DNA of 64,000 nucleotides from an uncultured Hungatella sp. (lineage in GTDB: Bacteria; Bacillota; Clostridia; Lachnospirales; Lachnospiraceae), in the NCBI GenBank assembly GCA_947425205.1, contig CANDZL010000008.1, forward strand, positions 8,899 through 72,898, written 5' to 3'. A program made the position numbers and the translations under genes. A model generated the notes under the pieces. That model saw nothing but the letters and a program-made list of their open reading frames with translations, made no database searches and was not told the DNA's origin. Of the stretch, positions 17,773 to 27,790 are shown piece after piece (within the stretch, counting starts at the first letter, position 1; each line of letters begins with the position of its first letter).

Positions 17773-19980
17773 TTGGAGGAAATGGTTATGGCAGTACAAT
17801 TTGAAAAACTATCCCGAATGTTTACGTTGGAAACGGAAAATAGCATGTATCAGATGAAAGTGGATCCGTATGGTTTTCTTCTCCATTTGTATTATGGAAG
17901 GAAGACAGCAGGGAGTATGGAGTATCTTTTGACTTACTATGACAGGGGATTTTCAGGAAATCCTTATGATGTGGACAGAGATAGGACATATTCGATGGAT
18001 GCACTGCCGCAGGAATATCCAATATGGGGGAACGGTGATTATCGTTCCCCTTGTTTGGAAGTAAGGATGGCGGATGGTAGTTTTGGCAGTGACTTAAGAT
18101 ATCAGGGATATGAGATTGAGGACGGGAAATACGGTATTCCCGGCCTGCCGGCGGTATATGAGGATGCAAGTCAGGCACAGACGCTGAAAGTCTATATGGC
18201 TGACGAGAAAAGCGGCCTTCAGGTAGTACTGTATTACGGCGTTATGCCGGAGCATGATGTGATCACCCGCACGGTAAAGATAGAAAACAGAGGGCAGGAG
18301 ACCGTTAGACTGGAGAAAGTGTACAGCGCGTGTCTGGATTTTCTGTCAGGAGAGTATGATTGGATTTCATTTTATGGGCGCCATGCCATGGAACGGACGG
18401 TTCAGAGAACCCCGGTAGTTCATGGCTCCCAGGTGGTGGGAAGCCGCAGAGGGACTTCCAGCCATCAGTATAACCCGTTTTTGATTCTGGCGGCTCAGGA
18501 AGCCACAGAGAATTATGGAGACTGTTACGGTCTTTCTCTGGTTTACAGCGGAAGCTTCAAGGGGGAAGTGGAGAAGGACCAGTATAATCAGACACGGATC
18601 TCCATGGGAATTCAGAATGAGCAGTTTTGCTATGAGTTAAAGCCAGGACAAGCATTTTATGCACCGGAGGCCGTGATAGCTTTCAGCGGCCAGGGGCTTG
18701 GAGCCTTGTCCCGCCGTTATCATAAATTGTACCGGTATCATCTGTGCCGGGGGAAATATCGGGATATTCCAAGACCGGTGCTGATCAATAACTGGGAAGC
18801 AACCTATTTTGACTTTACCGGAGACAAGATCTATGAGATTGCCAGACAGGCAAAGGAACTGGGCGTGGAAATGTTGGTTCTGGATGACGGCTGGTTTGGC
18901 AAGCGTGATACCGATTATTCGGGGCTTGGCGACTGGGAGACCAACGAGAAGAAGCTGGGAGGAACCTTAAAGTCCCTGGTGGATCGGATCAATGGCCTGG
19001 GTATGAAGTTTGGAATCTGGGTGGAGCCAGAGATGGTCTCTGAGGACAGTGAACTGTACAGAACCCATCCGGACTGGGCATTTGCCATACCAGGGAGAAA
19101 GCCAGTGAGAGGACGTTCCCAGCTGGTTTTGGATTTTTCCAGGCCAGAGGTGGTGGATTTTATCTACAACCAGATATCAGCCGTTTTGGATAGTGCCAAT
19201 ATTGAGTACATGAAGTGGGATATGAACCGGAGCATCTCAGACGTTTATTCTGCGATGACCACATCGGACAGACAGGGGGAGGTTCTGTACCGGTACGTGC
19301 TGGGGCTGTATGATTTTTTGGAGCGGCTCCATATAAATTATCCCGATCTTTTAGTGGAGGGTTGCAGCGGCGGCGGCGGACGCTTCGACGCAGGCATGCT
19401 GTATTATTGCCCCCAGATCTGGTGCAGCGACAATACCGATGCCATTGACCGGATCTCCATTCAGTATGGGACTTCCTTTGGATATCCCATCTCAACAGTA
19501 GGATCCCACGTGTCCACCGCGCCTAACCATCAGAACGGCCGGATGACACCGCTTAAGACCAGAGGCGCAGTAGCCATGGCCGGAAGCTTTGGGTATGAAC
19601 TAGACCTGTGTAAACTGACTCAGGAAGAGAAGCAGTGTATAAAGGCGCAGATTGAGCAGTATCATAAATACTGGAATGTGATTCACAATGGAGCCTATTA
19701 TCGTCTGACAAACCCAATGGAACAGGAAGTGGCTGCCTGGCAGTTTGTCAGCGAAGATAAGAGGGAAAGCCTGATTCAGGCGGTGATGCTGAATACTCAT
19801 GGGAATCCCATTGTGCCTTATGTGAAGGCAGCCGGGTTGGATCCGGAAAAACAGTATCAAGAGGAAGCTACCGGGAGGATCTATACGGGGGCAGCTTTGA
19901 TGTATGGAGGGATTCCGATTCCCCAGAGGCCGGAGGAGTATTTGGCTTATGAGATTTATTTGGTAGAGGTTGATGGATAG
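17773..19980 (+). CDS. Alpha-galactosidase, GH36
   Basis: Motifs INNWEATYFDF, VLDDGWFG, YMKWDMNR, EGCSGGGGRFD and WCSDNTDA. Confidence 0.95.
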   Translation: MEEMVMAVQFEKLSRMFTLETENSMYQMKVDPYGFLLHLYYGRKTAGSMEYLLTYYDRGFSGNPYDVDRDRTYSMDALPQEYPIWGNGDYRSPCLEVRMADGSFGSDLRYQGYEIEDGKYGIPGLPAVYEDASQAQTLKVYMADEKSGLQVVLYYGVMPEHDVITRTVKIENRGQETVRLEKVYSACLDFLSGEYDWISFYGRHAMERTVQRTPVVHGSQVVGSRRGTSSHQYNPFLILAAQEATENYGDCYGLSLVYSGSFKGEVEKDQYNQTRISMGIQNEQFCYELKPGQAFYAPEAVIAFSGQGLGALSRRYHKLYRYHLCRGKYRDIPRPVLINNWEATYFDFTGDKIYEIARQAKELGVEMLVLDDGWFGKRDTDYSGLGDWETNEKKLGGTLKSLVDRINGLGMKFGIWVEPEMVSEDSELYRTHPDWAFAIPGRKPVRGRSQLVLDFSRPEVVDFIYNQISAVLDSANIEYMKWDMNRSISDVYSAMTTSDRQGEVLYRYVLGLYDFLERLHINYPDLLVEGCSGGGGRFDAGMLYYCPQIWCSDNTDAIDRISIQYGTSFGYPISTVGSHVSTAPNHQNGRMTPLKTRGAVAMAGSFGYELDLCKLTQEEKQCIKAQIEQYHKYWNVIHNGAYYRLTNPMEQEVAAWQFVSEDKRESLIQAVMLNTHGNPIVPYVKAAGLDPEKQYQEEATGRIYTGAALMYGGIPIPQRPEEYLAYEIYLVEVDG

Positions 19981-20055
19981 GGCCCTAGGAGGAAGCCTGC
20001 TGCTTCTTTAAAGGCTGGGGTATATTCGTGTTAAGAATATCATATAACCCCCTCT

Positions 20056-20283
20056 CCGGGCTACGCTATCTCTGGCTGAAGTAAACCTTGCAGATTCAAG
20101 CCATTGTTTTTGATGCATATCCATACTTTTGCCAGCCAACAACGTAGCTCCGGAGTAACGATAAAACATCTGTAGACCATTTTTCACGTCGGTACTTAGC
20201 GCACGTCCTTTGGGCGCTTAGTACCGCTACGTGGAAACTTGAGCGAGAGCGTGTCGGAAGATGTTTTATCGTTACTTCGGAGC
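20056..20283. other. Intergenic double fold-back element (candidate MITE/REP-like repeat or ncRNA)
   Basis: 24-bp arms at 20147-20170 and 20260-20283 with one G-U pair, nested inner stems, and a competing upstream stem. Confidence 0.65.
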
Positions 20284-20372
20284 GGCCCTTTGGATCATCC
20301 CTTTGGATCCCCCCACAAAGCGTAATCTTATATAAATAGTTCTAAAATGAAATCAAAGAAAGGAAGCATCCC

Positions 20373-22211
20373 ATGACTAAAAATGAACAAGTCTTTGAAA
20401 ACCGGTTTGAACGGCACCTGGATGAGTTAAAATGGCTTTACATGGAACTATACGATTCACAAGAGCATTTTGAGGAACTGTGCAGCATGATGAAAGACAT
20501 GTACAGCCAGAGAAAAGCCGCCCTTAAGAAACTGGATCTGGAGCGGGAGGAGAATCCGGAATGGTTTAAGGGCAATGACATGCTGGGTATGATGATGTAC
20601 ACAGGACAGTTTGCAGGGAACCTGAAAGGAGTGAAGAAGCACCTGGATTATGTGAAATCCTGCGGGGTGAATTACCTTCATCTGATGCCTCTTATGGAGT
20701 CCCCCAAAGGACGTTCCGACGGTGGCTATGCGGTAGCTGATTTCAGAAAGGTACAGGAGGAACTGGGTACAGTAAATGATCTGGAAGATCTTGCAACTCA
20801 GTGTCACAAGCAGGGGATCAGCCTTTGCCTGGACTTTGTCATGAACCATACATCCGAAGATCATGAGTGGGCAAAGCGGGCCAGGGCAGGTGAGAAGATG
20901 TATCAGGATCGGTATTTCTTTTTCGACAACTGGGATATTCCGGGAGAATACGAGAAGACCGTGCCTCAGGTATTTCCCACCACAGCTCCCGGGAACTTTA
21001 CCTGGCTCCCAGATCTGGGGAAATGGGTGATGACTACCTTTTATCCCTATCAGTGGGATCTGAATTACAAAAACCCTGTGGTTTTCCATGAGATGGTTTA
21101 CAATTTTCTGTTTATGACCAATCTGGGGATTGATGTGATCCGGATTGACGCGGTGCCTTATATATGGAAGGAACTGGGAACCAGCTGCAGGAATCTTCAG
21201 AAGGTACATACCATTGTCCGTATGATGAGGATGATCGGGGAGATCGTGTGTCCGGGAATCCTTCTGCTGGGTGAGGTGGTGATGGAGCCGGAGAAGGTGG
21301 CACCGTATTTTGGAACGGTGGAGAAACCGGAGTGCCATATGCTTTACAATGTGACCACCATGGCTACCATCTGGCATACGGTGGCGGTTCAGGATACCAG
21401 GCTATTGAAAAAACAGATGGATATTGTCTATGGGCTGCCTAAGACCTACACATTCCTAAATTACCTGCGGTGCCATGACGATATCGGCTGGGGGCTTGAC
21501 TATGATACCCTGGAGACCTGGGGCATGATGCAGGTTCCTCATAAGAAGTATCTGAATGACTTCTTTACCGGTGCCATAGAAGAAAGCTTCAGCAGGGGAG
21601 AACTATACAACAACGATCCTGTGACCAAGGATGCCCGTTTCTGTGGAACAGCGGCCTCCATGTGTGGTGTGGAAAAGGCAGGGTTCTGTAAGGATGAGAG
21701 AGGGATGGAGCAGGCCCTTCGCCTGGATCAGATGCTTCACGCCTACATGCTGTTCCAGTCCGGGATTCCTGTGATCTACAGCGGGGATGAGATCGGGCAG
21801 GTCAATGATTACACCTACAAAGAGGATCCGGATAAGGCAGAGGATTCCCGCTATATCCATCGGGGAGCATTTCAGTGGGATCTGGTGGAGAATATTAAGA
21901 AAGAAGGAACAGTGCAGCAGCAGATGTTTGACGGGCTCCGGACATTGGAGAAGCTGCGCAGCGAGCACGAGGCCTTCACAGGCGAAGCCCAGGCAGAAAC
22001 CAGGGATTATGGAGATTATGGCCTTCTTGGCATTGTCCGTACGGGAATGACAGAGAGAATTTTAGGAATCTACAATTTCAACTGGCAGGAGAAAGAAGTG
22101 GCGTGTGAAATGGACGGAGAAAACTTGCTTACAGGTGAGAAGGTAGGAAAAGGAGAGACGATTTCCATTCCAGCGTATGGGTTTGTGTGGTTGAAAGAGA
22201 AGACGGCTTAA
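20373..22211 (+). CDS. GH13 amylosucrase / sucrose hydrolase-like protein
   Basis: Motifs DGGYAV, DFVMNHTS, RIDAVPYIWK, LLGEVV and CHDDIGW. Confidence 0.88.
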   Translation: MTKNEQVFENRFERHLDELKWLYMELYDSQEHFEELCSMMKDMYSQRKAALKKLDLEREENPEWFKGNDMLGMMMYTGQFAGNLKGVKKHLDYVKSCGVNYLHLMPLMESPKGRSDGGYAVADFRKVQEELGTVNDLEDLATQCHKQGISLCLDFVMNHTSEDHEWAKRARAGEKMYQDRYFFFDNWDIPGEYEKTVPQVFPTTAPGNFTWLPDLGKWVMTTFYPYQWDLNYKNPVVFHEMVYNFLFMTNLGIDVIRIDAVPYIWKELGTSCRNLQKVHTIVRMMRMIGEIVCPGILLLGEVVMEPEKVAPYFGTVEKPECHMLYNVTTMATIWHTVAVQDTRLLKKQMDIVYGLPKTYTFLNYLRCHDDIGWGLDYDTLETWGMMQVPHKKYLNDFFTGAIEESFSRGELYNNDPVTKDARFCGTAASMCGVEKAGFCKDERGMEQALRLDQMLHAYMLFQSGIPVIYSGDEIGQVNDYTYKEDPDKAEDSRYIHRGAFQWDLVENIKKEGTVQQQMFDGLRTLEKLRSEHEAFTGEAQAETRDYGDYGLLGIVRTGMTERILGIYNFNWQEKEVACEMDGENLLTGEKVGKGETISIPAYGFVWLKEKTA

Positions 22212-22225
22212 GATACAGCCGTCTT
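22200..22225. terminator. Probable bidirectional terminator
   Basis: AAGACGGCT-8nt-AGCCGTCTT at the stop codon, between convergent genes. Confidence 0.6.
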
Positions 22226-22281
22226 CTAAACATTGGGCCAATGGCTAGGCCAGGCAAAGCCTTTTTGGAGCCGTCCCATAC

Positions 22282-23427
22282 TTAAGCAGGGAAGGGAGCC
22301 ATCCACAGCCAGGGAATTCTCACGGCGATATTGCGCCTTGCCTCTTCATCGGCAGTTTCCCAGGGCAGCGACTCATACAAACGGATAAGCGGGCTCCGGC
22401 CCAGGGTATAGCCGGCCAGTACCATGAAGGATGTACGTGCAGGAAATGCGTCAAAATGCATGACATCTTTTCGGTAAGGCCAGGATGATTTGTCCTCCAG
22501 AAAGGGAGTTAAAAAGTCCAGGCCAGCCTGGATGCCTGCGCCGTTGGGAAGGGTGTATTCCCATAAGTTATCCTCCGGCTTGGACAGAAGGTAGCAGAGG
22601 GAAACCATATTGTCCAGCACAAAGATGGAGTAATTGTACGGCTTGGTGCGGGCCAGTTCCAGCGGAAAGGAACCGTCTGCTGCCATCTGGGGAAGCAGAA
22701 ACTGTTTATACTGATGGCGGCAGAAGTCCGCGATTTTTTCATTGTCTGTAAATAAAGCGAAGACCGCAGCCTGCAGAAAGAAGCAGACGCTGTGGTTATT
22801 TTTTTCGTTCATCTCAGCTATGCCGTTGGGAGATGTTAACATCCATCCAAGATAACGGCGAAACCAGTTTTTCAACCCTTCGTATATGGATTCTGTCATG
22901 TGTCCGGAGCGGTGGAGGATTTCGATGGCAAAGGGAACGTCAATAAGGTGAAGGGTATCGATGATACCGATGCCCCGGCCCTCACAGATACCAGGAATTG
23001 CCTGGGCGTAGGACAGATGGGGATTCATAGAAGTCTCCTGGTCCAGAAAAAATTCTTTTACAGTGCGAACTCCCTGAAGGGCAAAACATTCTTCACCGGT
23101 AAGCCAGAAGGCGGCGGCCAGGTATACCAGGTTGGTGCGCATACGGCGAAGCAGGAACCGGTGGTCATTGAAATTGCCTGGATTGGTTTCCCCGTCACGG
23201 CGGATGTAGGGAAGTCCGTCCCGGGTATCCGGGTTGGGCCACCAGTAGTCGCCATTGGAGTAGTAGTCATGGATGCTGCCGCAGCTGCTTGGAGGCGGGG
23301 CGGCATCGGTGATATGGGGAACCGGCGATGACAGCGCCTCCTGGGCTTTCTTTTGAATCAAATCTTTTTGATGGAGTTTTGGCTGTATCGCGTAATTCTT
23401 CTTATAATAAATCATAATACACCTCAT
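22282..23427 (-). CDS. Alginate lyase family protein, no signal peptide
   Basis: Motifs DYWWPNP..GLPYIRRDGETNP, GIGIIDT, NNHS and FPLELARTKPYNYS. Confidence 0.82.
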   Translation of the reverse strand: MRCIMIYYKKNYAIQPKLHQKDLIQKKAQEALSSPVPHITDAAPPPSSCGSIHDYYSNGDYWWPNPDTRDGLPYIRRDGETNPGNFNDHRFLLRRMRTNLVYLAAAFWLTGEECFALQGVRTVKEFFLDQETSMNPHLSYAQAIPGICEGRGIGIIDTLHLIDVPFAIEILHRSGHMTESIYEGLKNWFRRYLGWMLTSPNGIAEMNEKNNHSVCFFLQAAVFALFTDNEKIADFCRHQYKQFLLPQMAADGSFPLELARTKPYNYSIFVLDNMVSLCYLLSKPEDNLWEYTLPNGAGIQAGLDFLTPFLEDKSSWPYRKDVMHFDAFPARTSFMVLAGYTLGRSPLIRLYESLPWETADEEARRNIAVRIPWLWMAPFPA

Positions 23428-23569
23428 TTTTTATTTATAATCAATTCAATTCTATTAAAATTTCTCATTTGAATCAATTGTAAAAACTTAAGATTCATAG
23501 GAAAAAATGTGAATGCAAATTTACAGAACCCAGAATTTTATGTACAATATAGAGACGGGGGTGTAAATA

Positions 23570-25852
23570 ATGAAGAAAATAAAGAAAAAGTCCAAGGTTT
23601 ATTTTCAAATGTTCTTGTCCTATCTGGTGATTCTGGTGATTCCAATGATGCTGGCCATGGCCCTCTATGTGTATACCTTTCACATTATCCGAAGCCAGGC
23701 AGAAGAAATGAATAAAAATCTTCTGGTTATGGTGAAGGATGAACTGGACTATGAAGTAGAGAATATGCGCAAGATTGCCAGCCGCCTGGCTCTTGATGAC
23801 AGGATTCAGCTTGCATCCAATGTAAAAGGCGGATTTACATCCCAGGATCAGATGAATCTCTACTATATCTATACAGAATGCCTGGCCATCAATATGTCGG
23901 AAGATTTTATCGAAGACATCTTCATTGTATTCAACAATACGGGAAAAGTGGTAAGCATAAATGGCAATATGTCGGATCAGCTGTTTTATGATATCTATTA
24001 TAGGAGCAGTGAGATGGATTTCCAGCAGTTTCGGGAATATATGAACCAGTTCCATTACGGCGATATGCTGCCTATACGGCTGGAAAACGGAAAAGACGTT
24101 TTTCTGTTTACCATGACTACGCTGAAGGCGGATTTTAAGGATTCTTCAGCCACTGTCTGTATTGCCATAGATGCAGAGACCATCCGGCAGCGGCTTCAGA
24201 GTATGAAATGGTCCGACCCTATGGATGTGATGGTGATTACGGATTCGGATTTTCGGGTATGTGCAGACCAGCAGATATCGGATCGGTTTGAATGGAGGTA
24301 TGATCTGTGGGAACGGGGCAATCACCAGCTGGTCAATGATCTGGGAGAGCAGCACATCATTTCCATATTGCCGTCGGATGAGGTGAAATGGAAATACGTA
24401 AGCGTTATGCCGTTAAAACAGATGGCTCAGGAAGCGGGGAAGGTACGGGCCTTGGCTATGGCCGGAGTGTTTTTGTGTACCACAGTGGGAATTTTAGTTT
24501 CTTATTTTATAACGAAGCGCAATTACAATCCCATCAAAATGCTTATGGACAATTTCAGGCAGCATGGGAAGGTGGAGATGGAGGAAGGGGTCAATGAGTA
24601 TCAATGGCTCAACCATCAGATGGATCAGTTTTTTAAGCAGCATGTGGACGCAGAACAGTTGTTGAAAAAGAACCGGAGGAGCCTGAAGAACTATTATCTG
24701 TACCAGCTTCTCCAGGATTATGGGGACGGGAGCTTAAGGGATCAGTACGGCCTGCGGATCAACGGGGATTATAATGTGGTTTTGCTTCTTGTTCCTGTGG
24801 TTACGCAAGAGACGGACAGGAAACAGGAGGGCTATATGGAAGAAAATGCCCTGCAGAAATTTGCTATGATCAATATATTTGAGGAAATGTGCCTGAATTA
24901 CTTTAATATTGATATGGTAGAGCTGGGAGAGCGGGTAGCTGCCATCGTGAGCCTGCCGGATGAGGGGAGAGAGCATCTGGATGTGCTGAAGAACCAGGCG
25001 GAAAGTTTCCAGCAGATGATGGAGGAGTCCTTTGGATTTTCGGTTGAGATTCTGATGGGGTCCATCTGTACCAGATGGGAGGGGATCCATGATTCCTATC
25101 TCCAGGCCCTGGAACTGGAACAGTATGTCCATCTTCTGGATGCCGGCCTGCTGCTCTACGATGAGGTGAAGAACATCCAGCCTCACTACCAGTATCCTCT
25201 CGACCTGGAACAGAAGCTGATCAATGCCATAAAGGTGGGGGACAGCAGCCTGGCGTGGGATACGATGGAACAGGTTTTTGACTTGAATCTCAGCGGAAGG
25301 GTGACTGCCAATGTGTACCGGTGTTTGGTATATGGAATGATGGGGACGCTTCTGGAGGGAGCAAGCCAGGGAGAATATAAGGATGCAGCCAGAGAGCTGA
25401 CGTTTCCGGACGGGGAGATAATGCCGGCGGGAAAGATGAAGCAGCGTTTCCGGGAACTGACGGAGGAGATCTGCAAGAAAATTGTGGAGCGGCAGAAGGA
25501 GACTTCTCAGGATCAGACCCTGAGCAAAAAAGTTCAGGAGTATATCATGGAGAATTACCAGGATCCGGATCTGAATATCTCCATAACCAGCCAGCATTTT
25601 GACCTGACTCCGGCTTACCTGTCGTCTGTTTACAAAAAACAGACGGGAAAAAGCCTTCTGGAGTACATCAACATGGTTCGCCTGGCCAGTGCGGAGAAGC
25701 TTCTGGAGCAGGGATACAGCGTGGTGGAGGTGGCGGCTATGGCCGGGTTCCGTGACAGCAGCACATTTATCCGGGTTTTTAAGAAGAAAAAGGGCATGAC
25801 TCCGGGACAGGTGAAGAAAAAGAATCAGGAAAGTGAAAGAATATCCGATTGA
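23570..25852 (+). CDS. Membrane-spanning sensor fused to an AraC HTH (one-component regulator)
   Basis: Two TM helices flank an extracellular domain. C-terminal LTPAYLSSVYKK and AGFRDSSTFIRVFKK. Confidence 0.88.
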   Translation: MKKIKKKSKVYFQMFLSYLVILVIPMMLAMALYVYTFHIIRSQAEEMNKNLLVMVKDELDYEVENMRKIASRLALDDRIQLASNVKGGFTSQDQMNLYYIYTECLAINMSEDFIEDIFIVFNNTGKVVSINGNMSDQLFYDIYYRSSEMDFQQFREYMNQFHYGDMLPIRLENGKDVFLFTMTTLKADFKDSSATVCIAIDAETIRQRLQSMKWSDPMDVMVITDSDFRVCADQQISDRFEWRYDLWERGNHQLVNDLGEQHIISILPSDEVKWKYVSVMPLKQMAQEAGKVRALAMAGVFLCTTVGILVSYFITKRNYNPIKMLMDNFRQHGKVEMEEGVNEYQWLNHQMDQFFKQHVDAEQLLKKNRRSLKNYYLYQLLQDYGDGSLRDQYGLRINGDYNVVLLLVPVVTQETDRKQEGYMEENALQKFAMINIFEEMCLNYFNIDMVELGERVAAIVSLPDEGREHLDVLKNQAESFQQMMEESFGFSVEILMGSICTRWEGIHDSYLQALELEQYVHLLDAGLLLYDEVKNIQPHYQYPLDLEQKLINAIKVGDSSLAWDTMEQVFDLNLSGRVTANVYRCLVYGMMGTLLEGASQGEYKDAARELTFPDGEIMPAGKMKQRFRELTEEICKKIVERQKETSQDQTLSKKVQEYIMENYQDPDLNISITSQHFDLTPAYLSSVYKKQTGKSLLEYINMVRLASAEKLLEQGYSVVEVAAMAGFRDSSTFIRVFKKKKGMTPGQVKKKNQESERISD

Positions 25853-26037
25853 CTTATGAAAATGCAAACTTTTTTAGGGATTTTTGCCTATGAAGTTTGC
25901 TTTTTTTCTATATCTTTTGGGCTGATGGGGTGCTAAGATGGGGGCACAGCAAACGAAGCCGGGAACCACAGCCCGGAAAAAGGAAGGAAACGAAAAAGAA
26001 AAAAGAAGTAAAACGAAAATGGGAAGGGAGAAGCAAT

Positions 26038-27705
26038 ATGAGAAACAAAAAAAGAAATGCAGCATTGCTGATGGCAGCAACCATGACGGCAGCCACAATT
26101 GCAGGATGCAGCGGATCAGGAAGCAGCACCACAAAGGAGACGACTGCAGCGCCGGCATCGTCGGCGGCAGCAGAGACAACGGCAGCCGGGGGGGCAGAGG
26201 CACCAGAAGCCTTTTCCTATCCTATGGCGGCAGGAGACAAGCTGCAGTACTGGTGTGACCTTACAACCACAGTATCTGCAAACTATTCCAATCTAGGTGA
26301 CACGCCTTTCGGCCAGGGCTGGCAGGAGAATACCGGCGTGGAGATTGAATTCTTACATCCGCCTACAGGACAGATGAAGGAACAGTTCAGCCTGATTCTG
26401 GCAGACGGAAGCCTTCCGGACTTAATGGAATACAACTGGACCGTGGATTATCCTGGCGGGCCGGAGAAGGCCATCAAGGACGGTGTGATCACGCCGTTAA
26501 ATGATATCTTTGCACAGTACTGTCCCAATATTACCAAGTATTTGGCGGAGAATCCGGATATCGACCGTATGATCAAGACGGATGAGGGACATTATTATGT
26601 ATTTCCGTTTATCCGGGGCGACGAGAATCTGATGAATACCATCGGGCTGATGGTTCGCCAGGACTGGCTTACGGAGTTGGGGATGGAGGTTCCCACTACC
26701 ATAGATGAATGGCACGATGTGCTGACTGCATTTAAGAATGAGAAAGGGTGCATTGCCCCTTACTGCTTCGAGTATACCAATGGCCAGTACTTAGGTGCGG
26801 ATCCGTTTGTTGCGGCGTACGGTGTGAACCGGTCCTTCTATTTAGGAAGCGACGGCACAGTGCATTTTGGCGCGACGGAGCCGGGATTTAAAGATTATCT
26901 GGCTACCATGAACCAGTGGTACCAGGAAGGGCTGATCGATCCGGATCTGGCTACCCTGAAAAATGACCAGGTAAGCGCCAAGATCACCAACGGCCAGGCT
27001 GGAGCTTCCATGGGCCAGGCAGGAAGCCGTATGGGTACCTGGACCACTGCAGCGCGGGCAACCACGCCGGAGTTTACTCTGGTTCCGGCTCCGGTTCCTA
27101 CTCTGGAGAAGGGCGGCCAGGCGGAGATGGGGTACATAGAGAATCCATTCTCTGGAAGGGCCAGCGTGGCAATCACCACGTCCTGTAAGGATGTGGAGCG
27201 TGCAGCCAGGCTGATGGACTGGGCTTACGGTGAAGAGGGACATATGTTCTTTAACTTTGGTGTGGAAGGGGAATCCTACACTATGGTTGACGGTTATCCT
27301 ACTTACACGGAGCAGATCTTAAACAATCCTGACGGACTTCCGGTGTCTCAGGCTATGTCCGCATACATCCGCGGCAATTACAACGGCCCGTTTGTCCAGG
27401 ACATTCGTTATCTGGAGCAGTACTATACCATGGAAGAGCAGAAACAGACTCCCATTGTCTGGGGACAGTGCAATGGCGCAGCCCACACCATGCCGCCCAT
27501 CACACCGACCTCTGACGAGAGCAAGGAGTTCTCTACCATCATGAATGAGATCAATACCTACCGGGATGAGATGATTCTTAAGTTTATCTTCGGAACGGAG
27601 AGCGTTGACAATTTTGACACCTATGTAAAGAATATTGACAATATGGGCCTGGCAAGGGCGCTGGAGATTCAGAATGATGCCTTAAGCCGGTATAACGCCA
27701 GATAA
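26038..27705 (+). CDS. ABC substrate-binding lipoprotein (LplA-like)
   Basis: Lipobox IAGC, Thr/Ala-rich linker, motifs VRQDWLTELG and PTTIDEW. Confidence 0.9.
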   Translation: MRNKKRNAALLMAATMTAATIAGCSGSGSSTTKETTAAPASSAAAETTAAGGAEAPEAFSYPMAAGDKLQYWCDLTTTVSANYSNLGDTPFGQGWQENTGVEIEFLHPPTGQMKEQFSLILADGSLPDLMEYNWTVDYPGGPEKAIKDGVITPLNDIFAQYCPNITKYLAENPDIDRMIKTDEGHYYVFPFIRGDENLMNTIGLMVRQDWLTELGMEVPTTIDEWHDVLTAFKNEKGCIAPYCFEYTNGQYLGADPFVAAYGVNRSFYLGSDGTVHFGATEPGFKDYLATMNQWYQEGLIDPDLATLKNDQVSAKITNGQAGASMGQAGSRMGTWTTAARATTPEFTLVPAPVPTLEKGGQAEMGYIENPFSGRASVAITTSCKDVERAARLMDWAYGEEGHMFFNFGVEGESYTMVDGYPTYTEQILNNPDGLPVSQAMSAYIRGNYNGPFVQDIRYLEQYYTMEEQKQTPIVWGQCNGAAHTMPPITPTSDESKEFSTIMNEINTYRDEMILKFIFGTESVDNFDTYVKNIDNMGLARALEIQNDALSRYNAR

Positions 27706-27719
27706 TCTTGGCATGACAA

Positions 27720-27763
27720 ACGATCCGCTGCAGTATGGCTGCGTTAAGCCGCAGCGGGTCGTT
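27720..27763 (+). terminator. Hairpin after the binding-protein gene (mRNA stabiliser or partial terminator)
   Basis: ACGATCCGCTGC...GCAGCGGGTCGT followed by TTC. Confidence 0.6.
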
Positions 27764-27790
27764 TCAAATCTATTGAGAAGGAGTAATTGT

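Noticed and set aside
24734-25867. 377-aa minus-strand ORF, and similar long shadow ORFs at 20457-21377, 45314-46180, 47359-48126, 48569-49399, 51660-52412, 56473-57399 and 57728-58573
   Set aside because: They lie antisense to well-supported genes and show no motifs or RBS. They are expected by-products of codon bias.
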